Positions 1-12,554 of a DNA stretch of 64,000 nucleotides are shown one piece after another. The position numbers and the translations under genes were made by a program. This DNA comes from Sphyrna mokarran (Eukaryota), in the NCBI GenBank assembly GCA_024679065.1, contig JAGIQG010000014.1:20398001-20462000 (forward strand). Direction: 5' to 3'. How positions within the stretch are numbered: position 1 is the stretch's first letter; each line of letters begins with the position of its first letter. The notes beneath the pieces were generated by a model, which was given only the letters and a program-made list of their open reading frames with translations, searched no databases and had not been told where the DNA came from.

Positions 1-100
1 AATGATAATAGGGGATAGGGCCTGGATGGGATTGTGGCCAGTGCAGACTCGATGGGCCAAATAGTCTCCTTCTGCTCTGTAGAGATTCTGTAATTCTACG
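1..100 (+). mobile_element. HE1/V-type SINE, 3' end (cut by window edge)
   Basis: GCAGACTCGATGGGCCAAATAG..CTCCTTCTG plus TTCTGT/TTCTA tail, shared with the fuller SINE copies in the window. Confidence 0.75.
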
Positions 101-239
101 AGAATTTTAAAACACTCCAGGTGATCTATTTGTGGTCATGTGGCTAGGCTACTAACTCTCTAGATCCTCTACAGCCAAGCGTATACCCCTTTAAAAATGA
201 AAACCTTCAAACAATTACAAAGAGGAGATTTTTTGGTCA

Positions 240-415
240 GAAACTGAGGTCTGCAGCTGAATTCAAATCCTATCATGGCAGTTTGAGAATTTCTATTTAA
301 ATTCGGTAATAAAAATTTGGTAACATATCAATAAAAGTGACTGTGAATCTGTAAACCCAGCTGAATTGCCAATGTTCTTCAAGCTACAGTCTGGTTTGTA
401 CATTACTCCAGTAAA
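240..415 (+). mobile_element. Degenerate SINE fragment of the family also at 7195 and 12555
   Basis: TTCAAATCC B-box-like motif followed by remnants resembling the 7195 copy; cut off by the LINE at 437. Confidence 0.45.
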
Positions 416-436
416 AGGAGTACATTACTCCAGTAA

Positions 437-2359
437 GGCTCAGTTAGTGCAATGGATAGCTATAGATTAGCCAGGAGTGAGCTAAAGAGTGAGTTGAGGA
501 GAGCTAAAAGGGGACACGAGAAGACTTTGGCTGATAGGATCAAGGAGAATCCTAAAGCTTTCTTTAGATATGTTAAGAATAGAAGATTGGTTAGGGCAAG
601 GTTAGGGCCAGTTATGGACAGCAGTGGGAAGTTGTGCGTGGAGCCTGAAGAGATTGGAGAGGTACTGAATAAATATTCCTCTTCGGTATTCACGCAGGGT
701 GATGTAAATGTAGTTATGGAGAACACTGAGGTACAGGGTAGCAAACTAGAAGGTATCGAAGTATATAGGGAGGATGTGCTAGATATTCTTTAGGGTTTGA
801 AGTTGGATAAGTCCCCTGGGCCGGACGGGATTTACCCTAGGATTCTCTGGGAGGCAAGAGAGGAGATTGCAGAGCCTCTGGTTCTGATCTTCAGGTCGTC
901 GTTGGTTACGGTGTGGTTCCGGAGGACTGGAGGATAGCGAATGTGGTCCCATTGTTCAAGAAGGGGAAGAGAGACCTTCCAGGGAATTATAGGCCAGTGA
1001 GTCTTTCTTCTGTTGTGGGCAAAGTATTGGAGAGAATTATTAGGGATAGGATTTATAGTTATTTAGAGAGAAATGAATTGATTGGGATAGTCAGCATGGT
1101 TTTGTGAAGGGTAGGTCGTGCCTTACTAACCTTATTGAGTTTTTTGAAAAAGTGACCAAAGAGGTGGATGGGGTAAGGCAGTTGATGTGGTATATATGGA
1201 CTTTAGTAAGGCATTCGATAAGGTGGCCCATGGAAGGCTTCTGAAGAAAATGCAGATGTATGGGATTGAGGGTGATTTAGCTAATTGGATTAGGATTTGG
1301 CTAGCAGATAGAAGACAGAGGGTGGTAGTTGATGGGAGATATTCATCGTGGAGTTCGGTTACTAGTGGTGTACCTCAGGGATCTGTTTTGGGGCCCCTGC
1401 TGTTTGTAATTTTTATAAACGATCTGGATGAGGGTATTGAAGAATGGATTAGTAAATTTGCGGATGACACCAAAGTCGGTGGAGTGGTAGATAGTGAAGA
1501 GGGGTGTTTTAGTTTACAGAGTGACTTGGACAAGTTGCAGAGCTGTGCCGAGAGGTGGCAAATGGAGTTTAATGTGGAAAAGTGTGAGGTAATGCACTTT
1601 GGCAGGAACAATAAATGTGTAGAGTATAGGGCTAATGGTAGGGCTCTTAATAGTGTTGAGGAACAGAGGATCTTGGTGTATGTGTCAATAGATCCCTGAA
1701 AGTAGGCAGTCAAGTGGATAAAGTTGTTAAGAAGGCATCTGGAGTCTTAGCTTTTATTGGTAGGGGGATTGAATTTAGGAGCCGCAGCATCATGTTGCAA
1801 CTGTACAAAACTCTAGTGCGGCCGCACTTGGAGTATTGTGTGCAGTTCTGGTCCCCACATTATAAGAAAGATGTGGAGGCATTGGAGAGGGTACAGAGGA
1901 GGTTTACCAGGATGTTGCCGGGTATGGAAGGCAGGTCTTATGAAGAGAGGCTGAGGGATTTGAGGTTGTTTTCGTTAGAAAGAAGGCGGCTAAGAGGAGA
2001 CATTATTGAAACATATAAGATGATTAGAGGTATAGATACAGTGGACAGTGATAGCCTTTTTCCTAGGATGGAGAAAGCTAGCACGAGGGGACATAGCTTT
2101 AAATTAAGGGGTGGTGGTTTTAGGACAGATGTCAGAGGTAGGTTCTTTACCCAGAGGGTGGTCAGGGTATGGAATGCCTTGCCTGCGTCAGTTGTAGATG
2201 TGCCAAGTTTGGTGGCGTTTAAGAGGTTAGTAGATAAGTTTATGGATGAAAAGGGAATGGTTTAGGTTAGAGAGTCACTGCTTTTTCCTAATTGGTCGGC
2301 GCAACATCGAAGGCCGAAGGGTCTGTTCTGCGCTGTAATGTTCTATGTTCTGTGTTCTA
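437..2359 (+). mobile_element. CR1-clade LINE (HER1-like), 5'-truncated ORF2 RT pseudogene plus 3' UTR
   Basis: Broken ORFs 452-793, 913-1107, 1187-1699 and 1714-2265 encode IKENPKAFF, PEDWRIANVVPLFKKG, NYRPVSL, YMDFSKAFDKV, SGVPQGSVLGP, KFADDTK and LVRPHLEYCVQFWSP. Ends in a (GTTCTAT)n-type tail. Contains an in-frame stop and frameshifts. Confidence 0.95.
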
Positions 2360-3029
2360 AAAGTCACATTACTGATGTTACTGTGTTAAGTACAGGTATT
2401 AAGGGACAAATGGAGGTGAGATACAGATAGGCTATAATCTGACAGAATGTTGGAGTATGTTCAAGAGGCTGAATGGCCTAAGTCTGTTCCTATTTACCCT
2501 TAAAAATATGTGTAAAACCAGGACACATGAGACTTGCCTACTTATCCACTCAGACTGGCCACAGTGGTCAGATGGGTGACAGATACAGTTTAATAGAGAA
2601 CAATGTACAGTAATATCTGGTTAAAATGAACAGTGGTAGAAAGTATCCTTCACCTGTTAAAGAGTTTTTAATATGATAGATCAATAAAGAGGGCTAGAGG
2701 TTGTTGTTTCTCTTCCTGCACCAGTGGTACACGAGGGAGCTTTTCATCTTTTCGCATTAATAATGTTTTTAATCCGAAACCAGTCATTAGCCTGTCAACA
2801 GAGGCTCATAGCTTGAGGGATGCCACTCCACATCAAGCATGGCTGACTAGGAGTTTCTTCATTCTTATTGCCAGCAGTTAGCATTTTGGAAGCATTTTGC
2901 ATTATGAATGCATCTTTCTTGGCCATTAAGTTCTGGGGTTGGGCTTGAATCCAGAGCTTCTTGTTCAGAGGTAGGGACAACAATCCCCTGCAGCACAGGT
3001 CCTCTAGAGGCAAGCCTTCAAAAATGAAA

Positions 3030-3620
3030 AAGGTCCATACAATCGCAAACAGGAGTCTTTTTTGTCAGCAAGAAAGAAATATTAATTATTGTATGTACAA
3101 AACTCTGGATGAGGCTGCAGCTGGAGTACAATGCTCAATTTACTCTGTTACGGGAAAGATAGTAGAGCCTTGGAGAGAATACACCTAAGATTCACAAGAT
3201 ACAGATTGAATAGACCATGAAGAATGCCTCTAAAAATGACCTTTTTCAGTAGCGTGCAGAAGGTTAATAAGGCATCTGTTGAAGGTTTATAAGTTAACTG
3301 AGTGAACAGCGGTAGATTCTTTCCTCAATTTGTGAGTCACTAACAAGAGTGTTTAAGCCGGAATTTTACCGGGAGGGACAAGTTTCGCAGAACAGTATTC
3401 TCCTTTGGCTTCGGATGGGATCTTTTGAGCCTCGTGTGGGTGTGCGGGTAAAATTCTGGCCATAGAATCAAGATTAAAAAAAGAAGGGTAAGCTAGAATG
3501 ACTTTTTGTATGTCGTAAAAGAATTTGAGGAAGAGACACAGGTGGAGGAATGAGTTTGAATATCTCTCGTGCAGAATATGATGGGCTGAATGGCCTATTT
3601 CTGTACTGCAGATTCTATGG
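3030..3620 (+). mobile_element. Old CR1-like LINE 3' remnant interrupted by a MITE-like element
   Basis: MYKTL-like residues in ORF 2961-3188 and a GATGGGCTGAATGGCCT tail near 3580. Confidence 0.55.
3357..3460. mobile_element. Short MITE-like element
   Basis: Terminal inverted repeat GCCGGAATTTTACC / GGTAAAATTCTGGC (13/14). Confidence 0.6.
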
Positions 3621-5932
3621 GCTTATTATTGCATGTCTTCGAGGTGTTGCTGCTAAAATTTAATACAGTCAGCAGCTTCAGTATAGCACTTAATGTGAAA
3701 ACTGCAATATAACAGGGCTGTTAGATATAAACTATTTCAGGTGCAGTATGTGTACTGACCTCATAATCCTTCACTGGTGTAATCAAAGCCTGACTGAGCC
3801 AAGGGTTGAAGCTGCTTTATTCATTATCATTTGTTCTTCCCAATTTATTTTAATCTGTGCTGAATTCTGTTCATTTTGGGAAAGAATCAGTTGTTAAATG
3901 AAATATTCCAGTGTTATGGGTGGAGGGGTTGGGTGGGCGGGGAGAGGGATTCATTTTAAGAAACAATAATTTCTTCTCTCACCATCCATCCAAAAGCAGG
4001 AAGGTGCTTTTGATTTTCTTCCCCTTTTATAAGTGGTGGCATGTTTCCACAGGTTTTGGTGCGATTCAGTTTTTCTCTGTAATCCTCACACTAACTCAAG
4101 ACAGGATGAATTCATTTCCACGTGCTCAGAATGAGGAAGGATAATCACAACATTGCCTCCTTTGCATTCATGCATTAAACTGGGATAGAGAAGGGAAAGA
4201 TTTACATTGCAGAGACGACAAAGAAAATAAATATTGTTTCACGTGAGTTCCAGAATTAAATTCCAATAGGGTATTCCTTCACAGAAGTTCGTGGGTCGAA
4301 AACTGATCCTGGATAATTTACTTTTCCAGTGATGTTGACTCCACTCAATGAGATAGGCATGCTAGGATGAATCTTATATGATACAGAATTTCCACCAGTG
4401 TAGTTGAGGTCACATGGTCTTACTAGGGTTGCAGCTCCTTGTCTGTGAAGCTGCTAGTCAGATGGTTTAAAAAGGGGAGACTGAAACTTGCAGTTCATGA
4501 AAAGACAATAAATTGGCTGCACAGACCATAGGCCCATGTCACATGACTCCCACCTCTCCACACTGTTTTTGACAAAGGGTGTGTATGCCTTGTCTAGGTC
4601 CCCGAGATTGTTAAATGTTTCAACCGTTATAAAATCAAAGCGAGATTGAGAGGCCCTTTGTCTTAGCAGATGAGCAGACTCCTGTTGGCCAGTCTGGGTT
4701 ATGAAATGCAGATGCCTTTGTGTTTCACTCTTTAAATTTGGTCTGTGCAGCCCACAGAAGGTCGTTAGTGGCTTTTCAGGGATAATGAGGTGCATATTTT
4801 CCCAATACTGCTAGGTTACTTCTGTTGCTTAAGGTCACAGATTCAGCCATTTTAGGTCTGTGTTCAGTTTGAAATTTGTAGAGATAGTAATGAGTATATC
4901 TCTATATATTTAATTTAAAAAAAATACACAAGTTGAAGACTTAGCCCTTCACATTAGTTTGATTTTTCAATCAGTGGGGTCATGAGCTCGGCACTATGGA
5001 GATTTATTTCCAGTAATTAGTCAAGTATGGTTCTGAAAGCTAAGTTGCAAAATACGAACGTGTTTTTACACCAGGCTAATACAAAGAGAAAAATACTAAA
5101 GCTTTATATCTTAGTCCATCACATGCTTAATAATATGAAGGCAAACTATTGCCGATGCTGGAGTCATGCTTTAACCTTTTCTCATGACCAAACCTCATAG
5201 AAATATTATAAGGATGAAATGACAAATGGCAGTGAAAACCACACCACATTTGAGTCAGCTTCTGCCATTCATATTTATTTAAGTGAATTGCATTTGTGAA
5301 ATAAATCTGTAATGGACTCCAAAGGGTTACAGAGTTATTACTCTGATTGGCTGTGTGCTCCTAATGGTGGAGTGAGTTCATCAAGGGAGTACGATGTTTC
5401 TCTGGATTCGATCCCTGGTTAGCTGAGCTCAACAAGAGCAATGCTGGGATTGCCGTAATTGATCACAGTGCTTCGCAGTTAGGAAGAAGAAAGTCTCTTT
5501 GTTCATTGTGTCTAGGGATAAATATGGAGCAAGCGCTGGGCTGAACTCATCAGCGGTAGAGGTTTAAAGTAGGTGGTAGTGTGAACTGATCCATCATATA
5601 GGCCATATCGAGTGATAGGAAAGTTAAGTAGAGTAAGTAACATGCTGATTAGGCCATTTTTCGGCAAGTTGCTCCAAGCACCAGGTTTGCAAATAGCAGC
5701 AACATTAACCTCTCCGGATAAGAGCCCTGACCACTGAATTCAGTAGGGTGTGCAATCAACCCCCGTTCCTGAGGCTTGAATAGTCCAGACTGACACTCCA
5801 CTGCAGTACTAGAGAAGTGCTGCATTGTCAATGGAGCTGTCTTTTGGCTAAGACATTAAAACAAGGCTCCATCTCTCTTCTCTGAAGGATATAAAAGGTC
5901 CCTTGGCTCCTTTTCAGAGATGGGTGAGGTAG

Positions 5933-5934
<2 letters not shown>

Positions 5935-5972
<38 letters not shown>
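5935..5972 (+). repeat. (AC)n microsatellite
   Basis: About 19 perfect AC units. Confidence 0.95.
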
Positions 5973-5974
<2 letters not shown>

Positions 5975-6071
5975 CCCCAGTGCCCTGGCCAGCATTCATC
6001 CCTGAACTATCATCTAAAAGCAGATAATAAGATCACCTCATTGCCACTGTGGGATCTTGCTGTGTACAAAT

Positions 6072-6241
6072 TCATAGAAACTGCACAGTGCAGAAGGAAG
6101 CCATTCAGCCCACTGAGCCTGCATCAATAACAATCCTACCCAGGTCCTATCCAAATAACCCCATATATTTATCCTTCGAAACCCCCTCACATTAAAGGAC
6201 AATTTATCATGGCCAATCAACCTAACCCACGTACCTTTGGT
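6072..6241 (-). mobile_element. HE1/V-type SINE 3' half nested in the Deu SINE
   Basis: Reverse complement of the SINE tail (CATAGAA..GCAGAAGGAAGCCATTCAGCCC). Confidence 0.75.
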
Positions 6242-6595
6242 CTCACTTTTCCTATATTACAAATGATAACACTTCAAAAGCTTTTCATTGACCGTAAAGT
6301 CCTTTGGGATGTCCTGAGGCTGTGAAAGATGCTATATAAATGCAAGTCCTCATCTTTTAAGTGTTTCCCAATGAGGCGCCAACACTGCGGGTTAGTTTTG
6401 CAACCTGAGCTCTGGGTGATGGAATTTCTCTAGGGAATGTGGAATCATCGAAATTGCCTAAAGATAAATGGAAGGAATGAATCAGCGTGCGTCTGGCTAG
6501 AAGTGAAGCATGGCTATGGCAGAATGAGTAAATATTACAGTTACCATTATAAGATACCAGGCATACTGAATGACTGTATATGATTATATATTTGC

Positions 6596-6863
6596 GGCAG
6601 GGGGCACCTGTTGCCTTACAACACCAGAGACCTAGGTTTGATTCCCGTCTTTGGGTCATTCTTCCTGTGTCCTCATGCATTTCATCTGGATGCTCCAGTT
6701 TTCCTTCCATAGTCCAATGATGTGCAGGTTAGGTGAATTGGCTATGCCAAGTTCTCCCTCAGTGTCCCAAACAGGCATTGAACGGCGGCAACTAGGGGAT
6801 TTTCACAGTAACTTCATTGCAGTGTTAATGTAAGACTAGTTGTGACTAATAAATAAACTTTAC
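6596..6863 (+). mobile_element. V-type SINE with alternative 3' tail
   Basis: tRNA-like head and V core, then a tail ending CTAGTTGTGACTAATAAATAAAC, similar to that at 46119-46423. Confidence 0.75.
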
Positions 6864-7194
6864 TTTTGCTTCACTAGGTGTGACATCCATACTTGCTGCT
6901 ATTGTTAGCTCAAAATTTGCTGATCCCATTAGTTTTAGAAGACCAGGAGCTCATTTGTATTGATGAAGAATTGTTCCTATATTGGACAATGTCAGTTTGC
7001 ACTCATTTCTAAAGAAACAAAAAGGAGCATTCATTTCAAAAGAGAAAATTTCAACGCACGAATACTAAAGTAAATCTGATGTGCACACCCACTACAGATT
7101 CTGAGTGATCATTCTGGAAATCAAAATGTTACCAAACGCTTCCTTAAATGGTCCCATTTAATTCTCGGTGCACTTCTCTGATTAAGAAGCGATA

Positions 7195-7490
7195 TCTGCA
7201 AGGCCAGTGTTCAAATCCCATCACAGCAGATGGTGAAATTTCAATAAAAATCTGGAACTTAAATTCTAATAGTAACCATGACAGTTGTTATAAAAAAACA
7301 TCTGGTTCACTAATATTCTTTAGGGAAGGAAATCTGACATGTTTACCTGGTCTGGCCTACATGTGACTCCAGATTCACGGTAATGTGACTGATTCCTCAA
7401 ATGTTTTCTGAAATGAAGGGCAGTTAGGGACAAGTAATTAATGCTGGCCCAACCAGTGATGCTCATGTCTTATAAAAATGAATAGTGAAA
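7195..7490 (+). mobile_element. SINE family sharing its 3' tail with old LINE remnants
   Basis: GTTCAAATCCC, ATCTGGTTCACTAAT, TTTAGGGAAGGAAATCTG and an AATGCTGGCC tail. Related copies at 12555, 18810 and 31560. Confidence 0.7.
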
Positions 7491-7920
7491 GAAAGAATTA
7501 TCTTTGAGAATTGTAAAGAATCCTTTTGATTTGTTTTTGGGTGAATTCCCTGCAGAGTTGTGATGTCATGTTAATCTGCTGCCCCCTCATTTTTAACTGC
7601 ACTGCATAATCCAATTTGTCTTTAGAGACAGAATGTGGTGCATTACTGTCAGACTGCAAAATGGAGATATCTCAAGATGTTGCTGGACTCCATCCTCCAA
7701 CCTTGCCCAACCCTTTCTGCTGCCACTGAATCACTTTCTGGTCCTTTTGACCTTTTTGGTTGCTTGTCTGCACCTTCGAAGGGGATTTGATGCCTTGACA
7801 TGAAACTGGGCGAGGAAAATCTTCTTTGTTAGCAGCGTCTATCAGATATGTAGCCCAATCAATCAAGTTGCTGACTGTACTGAATTTTAGCAGCAATGTC
7901 TCTAAGACATGCAATGATAT

Positions 7921-8170
7921 GGGTGGCACAGTGATACAATTGTTAGCACTGCTGCCTCACAGCGCCAGGGACTTGGGTTCACTGTATGTGTGGAGTTTAC
8001 ACATTCTCACATGTCTGCATGGGTTTCTTCCCACAATCCAAACATCTGCAGGTTAGGTGGATTGGCCAGCTAAATTACCCCTTAGTTGGCGGACCAGCTA
8101 GGGTAAATGTACGGGGATGGTGCAGACTCGATGGACCAAATGGCCTCCCTCTGACTGTAGAATTCTATGC
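7921..8170 (+). mobile_element. HE1/V-type SINE
   Basis: GGGTGGCACAGTG..TTAGCACTGCTGCCTCACAGCGCCAGGGAC head, V core and TTCTATG tail. Confidence 0.85.
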
Positions 8171-9699
8171 TTTTGTAAGCTTGTAGAATCTACACTGCAG
8201 AAATGGGCCATTCAGCCTATTGTATCTGTGATAGAGATATCCAAATCTATCCCATTCCATCAAACTTATTGGAAGGAAGAGTTTGAGTTGTTCTGCAAAT
8301 GCTGCGATCTCAGATTCTCCTTCATTCAAATGTTCAGACTTCACGAATGAATCATACAATGAATGACCATGATGAGGAATGGTGACTATAACAGTTATGG
8401 TTGATTTTGCCCCTAACCAAACCCTATCCCGGGAAGTAATTAAAAGCAGCATTTCTCTCGAATGTATTTCCCATTTGGGTCAATTTATCACCCTAATTTC
8501 TGCACTTGTAATTCAGCACAGAATCAAACCTCGATGCTTGGGGCCAACCTGTCTCGGTATTACAGCAGGGATTTCCATCCTGGGCCAGCAGATTGTTATG
8601 AATATAACTTTACCGTGAGATGACAGTCGAGAAAGAGAATTGAAGTGCAGTCTCAACAAGAGCACATCCTTGCAGGTGCTATCTTGTCTGAAGATATTGT
8701 GTTGCTCTTTCACTTCTGTGAGGAAGGTGCATTTCTGGAGTGGATACTGGATTCGCAGAGAGTTAATAAAGGAGTTGAAACTCATTTTAACTGTCTGGAT
8801 AGAGTACACATACTGCAGAATGTGAAACAAAAATGCCTTTAAATTCTTGCTGTAGGGGACACCATCATTATTAACACCTTGTGGAGTCAATCCTCAATGT
8901 GCAACTGGTCTGATGAATAATGACTGTCAACAGTATGAGTTGCTACTGTAAATGAAATATAGCTAGAGGGTAGCCATAGTGGTTTAGTTGTTTAGCACAC
9001 TGTGAGGTGTCATGCTGAGTTACATAGATCAGAAATGCCTCATGTTGGATCCCTGAAGCGGCCTGGTAACACATGCGGTTGCATCAAAACCACTACCAGC
9101 AGTCAGAGCAGAAGGCCCATCACCACCTTTGCAAGGCAACTGGGGATGCTCAATAAATGCTAGCTGTGCCAATAATGCTCACATCCAGAGAATACTTCTG
9201 TTTAAAATCTGGTTAATAGAAATTGTTGCTACAAATGAGGTGGATAGCCTTAGAAATCTTTAAGGGGAAACTGGACAAAAGCATCAGGGAGAAAGCTATA
9301 GCTAGTTATGATAATAAGGTTAAACGAAGAGGGATTGGAAGAGGCTTGTGTGTTGCACAAACACCATCAGGAAGCAGTTGGGCTGAATGGCCTCCATCTG
9401 AGCTGCACATTGTATGAAACACTTTTGCTTAGCAATTGCAGAAGACTAGACTACTGAAATCAAGGGCTTGTTATTTCATGGGGTATTTGGACAATTCGTG
9501 GCAGAGGAAGCCCTGAGATAAGATACTGTATTATAAATCTTTTCTGAATCAGCTAAACCAACATAGTTGGAGCAAAGTTGACAACTGCACTGTTTCAGAA
9601 AGGGAAAGTAGTCAGAAGCTTACCTAGGATTTAAAAGCTGGCACCAATGATTCCAAATACGCCTGGGCAGAATTTCACTTTTGGACCAGAACTTGCTCT

Positions 9700-10240
9700 C
9701 AATGTAATAAGTGCCAGGGAATGACCATCTCAAACAAAGAGAAGCTAATCATTTTCCCTTGACAGCCAGGTAATGAGTCCCCCATTATTAACTGCCTGAC
9801 GATTACATTGACCAGAAATTGAATTGGACCAACTATATAAGTACTATGGCTACAAGAGTGGGTCTGAGTCTGCCAATTCTGCAGTGAGTAACTCTCCTCT
9901 TGGCTGTTAGAGGTTAGAAGGCACAAGTCAGAGTCTGATTAAATACTTTCCACTTACCTGTATGAACACAGCTCCAACACTCAAGAAGCTCAATATAATC
10001 TAGGGCAAAACAGCCTTAAATCTTCATTTCTTCCACCACCGACATACAGTGGCAGCAATGTGTAGCATCTCTAAGATGGACTGCAGCAACTCACTAAGTG
10101 AAATTCTTCAACAGCTCCTTCTAAATCAATGACTTGTATCACCTAAAAACTTAAGAGCAGTAAATGCATGTGAACAACACCATCAGCATGTTCCTTCCCA
10201 AACTACTCACTATCCCAATTTGGAACTATTTCACTGTCAC
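9700..10240 (+). mobile_element. Old non-LTR (CR1/L2-like) LINE remnant
   Basis: Similar by eye to 34465-35100, 47620-48350 and 51490-51860 (CATTGACCAGAAATTGAA, CTCAAGAAGCT, CAGCAATGTG). Confidence 0.55.
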
Positions 10241-11777
10241 AGTGAGGCTGAGGTTGCTCTCTTTTATTGATGCCAAAATGCTACAGGCATTTCATGCAAA
10301 GTTGCAGATATCCCAATAGTAGCCATCTGAGATGTGCCGTTCTGACATTTACCTCATGAAAGTGGCATCCTGCTCTCTACTTCGTTATGCAAATGATGTC
10401 ATTTCCATGTACTGGGTTAGTAGCGTAATTATAGTGAAAAAGTTAATGAGCTAAATCATGATGCAATGCTGATATCAATAATCATAGCCTACAGATTCTG
10501 TGAGGGAGATGGAGAACAGTCTGTACTCAAGACAGATGTCCCTACCGAATAGCTCATCATATATAATGTATACATAGTATAAATAAGTCAGTTTGAGGTA
10601 ACTATTTGAGTCAGACTGAGTTACTCAAGATAGGCCATGCAACCGATATATGAAACTGTGAAGTTGCTGTACATGCATAGTTTGATGCGAGCTAAAGTCA
10701 CCACAGGAAGTTAAGTCTTATCCTTTCATGTCTAAGCACCTTTGTAAGGACTTAATAAGTCACACTGCCAATCAACCTTTCTAGAATTAAGGATTAAAAA
10801 TTGTAAATTCTCTCGCTCCTTCAGGTATTAATTACTGGCAATTTAAAAATGTAAAATTGTGAAGTTCTTTTCACTTTCCCTTTTTTCTCTTTCTTCTCTC
10901 CATCTCTTTCTTAATCTTGTCTTTCTTTCCAGCTCTTTATTGCTCTTTCTGTATGTGCTCTGGCTTTATATTCATCCACTTGTATTTCCCCACTTTTATC
11001 AGTTCCTGCACTGCTAATTTCATGACCCTAATTGCTGAGGGAGAGATAGGGCTGCTTGTCCAGCTCACTCAGGTCTCAGATGTTTGTTGTCCCTCACTTC
11101 ACCAGATAAGCTCACTCATTTCAATAACTTGCTACGCACACAGTTAAAAACCAGATCATATCAGGGCAACTGGAACGAACAGCAAATGCCATGAGGTATC
11201 TTGCTACAGCAAGTCATTGCTCTCTGAAGCACTGTCCTGGAACTTGTTGTGTCATTAGGGTGAGAAATGGATGGGTTTATTGTCATTCTTTTTTGATAAC
11301 ACAAGAGTGGAAGAACGATGAAGTATGAGATGAGAAGTGGATCTGAAACCCACCCTTTCCCCCACATGTCACGCGAGGTTAAAATAACTCCTAGAGGTCA
11401 CTGTGTCAGTCCAATAAGCCTCGTCTGGGGAGGATTATGCAGCTCTGCCTCAGGTCTATTCACAGAATACTGCGGGTCTAAAAGTGACAGACAAAATCAA
11501 CCTCTGAATAAAGATTCACAGAGGCCACCTGTTTCAAAGCATTAGTGATTAGGAAGTGAAGTAGGATAGGTGAAGCATGAATTACTTTAATGCCAACCTA
11601 GCAAGGATAAACCCTTAGTACTAGAGAATACATTGCAATCTGATTAATGTTCCATTATTTTTATAATTACCAACATTGAATGCAGACAGCTATAGATGTG
11701 GGCTCTTAATTAGCTCCTGCTCTCCGTATAATGTTAAATTTATGTCCTGCAGTCAATTGATTGACTGAAAGAAGTAG

Positions 11778-11988
11778 ACTCAGTAAACTTTTACAATACC
11801 AATTTTAAATCCAACCAATTTATTTGATAGTAAATTCGCGAGCTTTCGACTCTATAGCCTTCGGATAGACGAAGCCTATAGAGTTGAAAGCTCGCGAATT
11901 TACTATCAAATAAATTGGTTGGATTTAAAATTGGTGTTGTAAAACTTTACTGAGTTTACCCCAGTCCAACGCTGGCATCTCTACATCA
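11778..11988. mobile_element. Fold-back palindromic Penelope-like terminal-repeat derivative
   Basis: 86-bp arms 11778-11863 and 11870-11955 with 4 mismatches and a 6-nt loop. Flanked by the 12-bp direct repeat TGAAAGAAGTAG (11766-11777, 11989-12000). Arms are homologous to the PLE terminus at 53250-53342. Confidence 0.85.
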
Positions 11989-12554
11989 TGAAAGAAGTAG
12001 CACAGCAAAACAAACTGGTCATTTTCTCTTTGGCACCTTCTCCCCACTTGTCCCACTGGGGTCCAGCCAGAACATTCTTGTGTAGGTGCTGCCTTGCTGT
12101 CACAGCCTCCGTGTGCATTGTTTGGACAGCAGCGTGGGGGGTGGTTTGAGTGTTGGGTTTGATTACCACATTCATCTCTCCCAAAACCACATAGCTTCCA
12201 ATAGGAGTCAGAGAACATCTTGGAAGTCAGTGAAATGGGGTCAGTTTTCAGTTTATTTCTTTGTTGACATTGTATATTAATTCCTGCTGGGGTACAGGCC
12301 TGCAAGGAGCAGCCTCTTCCTCTTTATCTCAGCAAGATAGCTATCCTTCATGGGATGATTAATTGTCTGTGGCCTTTCAAGCTGCGGTCGGGGACAGGGT
12401 GGGGAAATCACCTTTGCCCAGTCTCCAGGTGAAAACTGGCAAAGACGAGTCAATCCCCACCCCAAACGCCTGCCAATTGTAGAATGGAAGCGACTATTCC
12501 AGCTCAGAGTGACAGCAGACTTTTCCCCTTTTTTTCGCAATGCTTGTTGAATTT

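Larger units (their letters stand above)
5740..6355 (+). mobile_element. Deu-domain SINE (SacSINE1/AmnSINE-like), interrupted by (CA)n and an HE1-type SINE
   Basis: CTGACACTCCACTGCAGTACT..GTGCTGCATTGTC core and GCTATATAAATGCAAGT tail match the recalled DeuSINE consensus. Confidence 0.7.

Noticed and set aside
8640-8825. ELIKELKLIL resembling the preceding DOCK2 exon (ITKELKELL)
   Set aside because: Flanking residues do not match and no suitable splice sites were seen. The preceding exon is probably upstream of the window.
11778-11955. microRNA precursor
   Set aside because: The TSD and homology to Penelope-like termini explain the hairpin, and I recognise no known mature miRNA.
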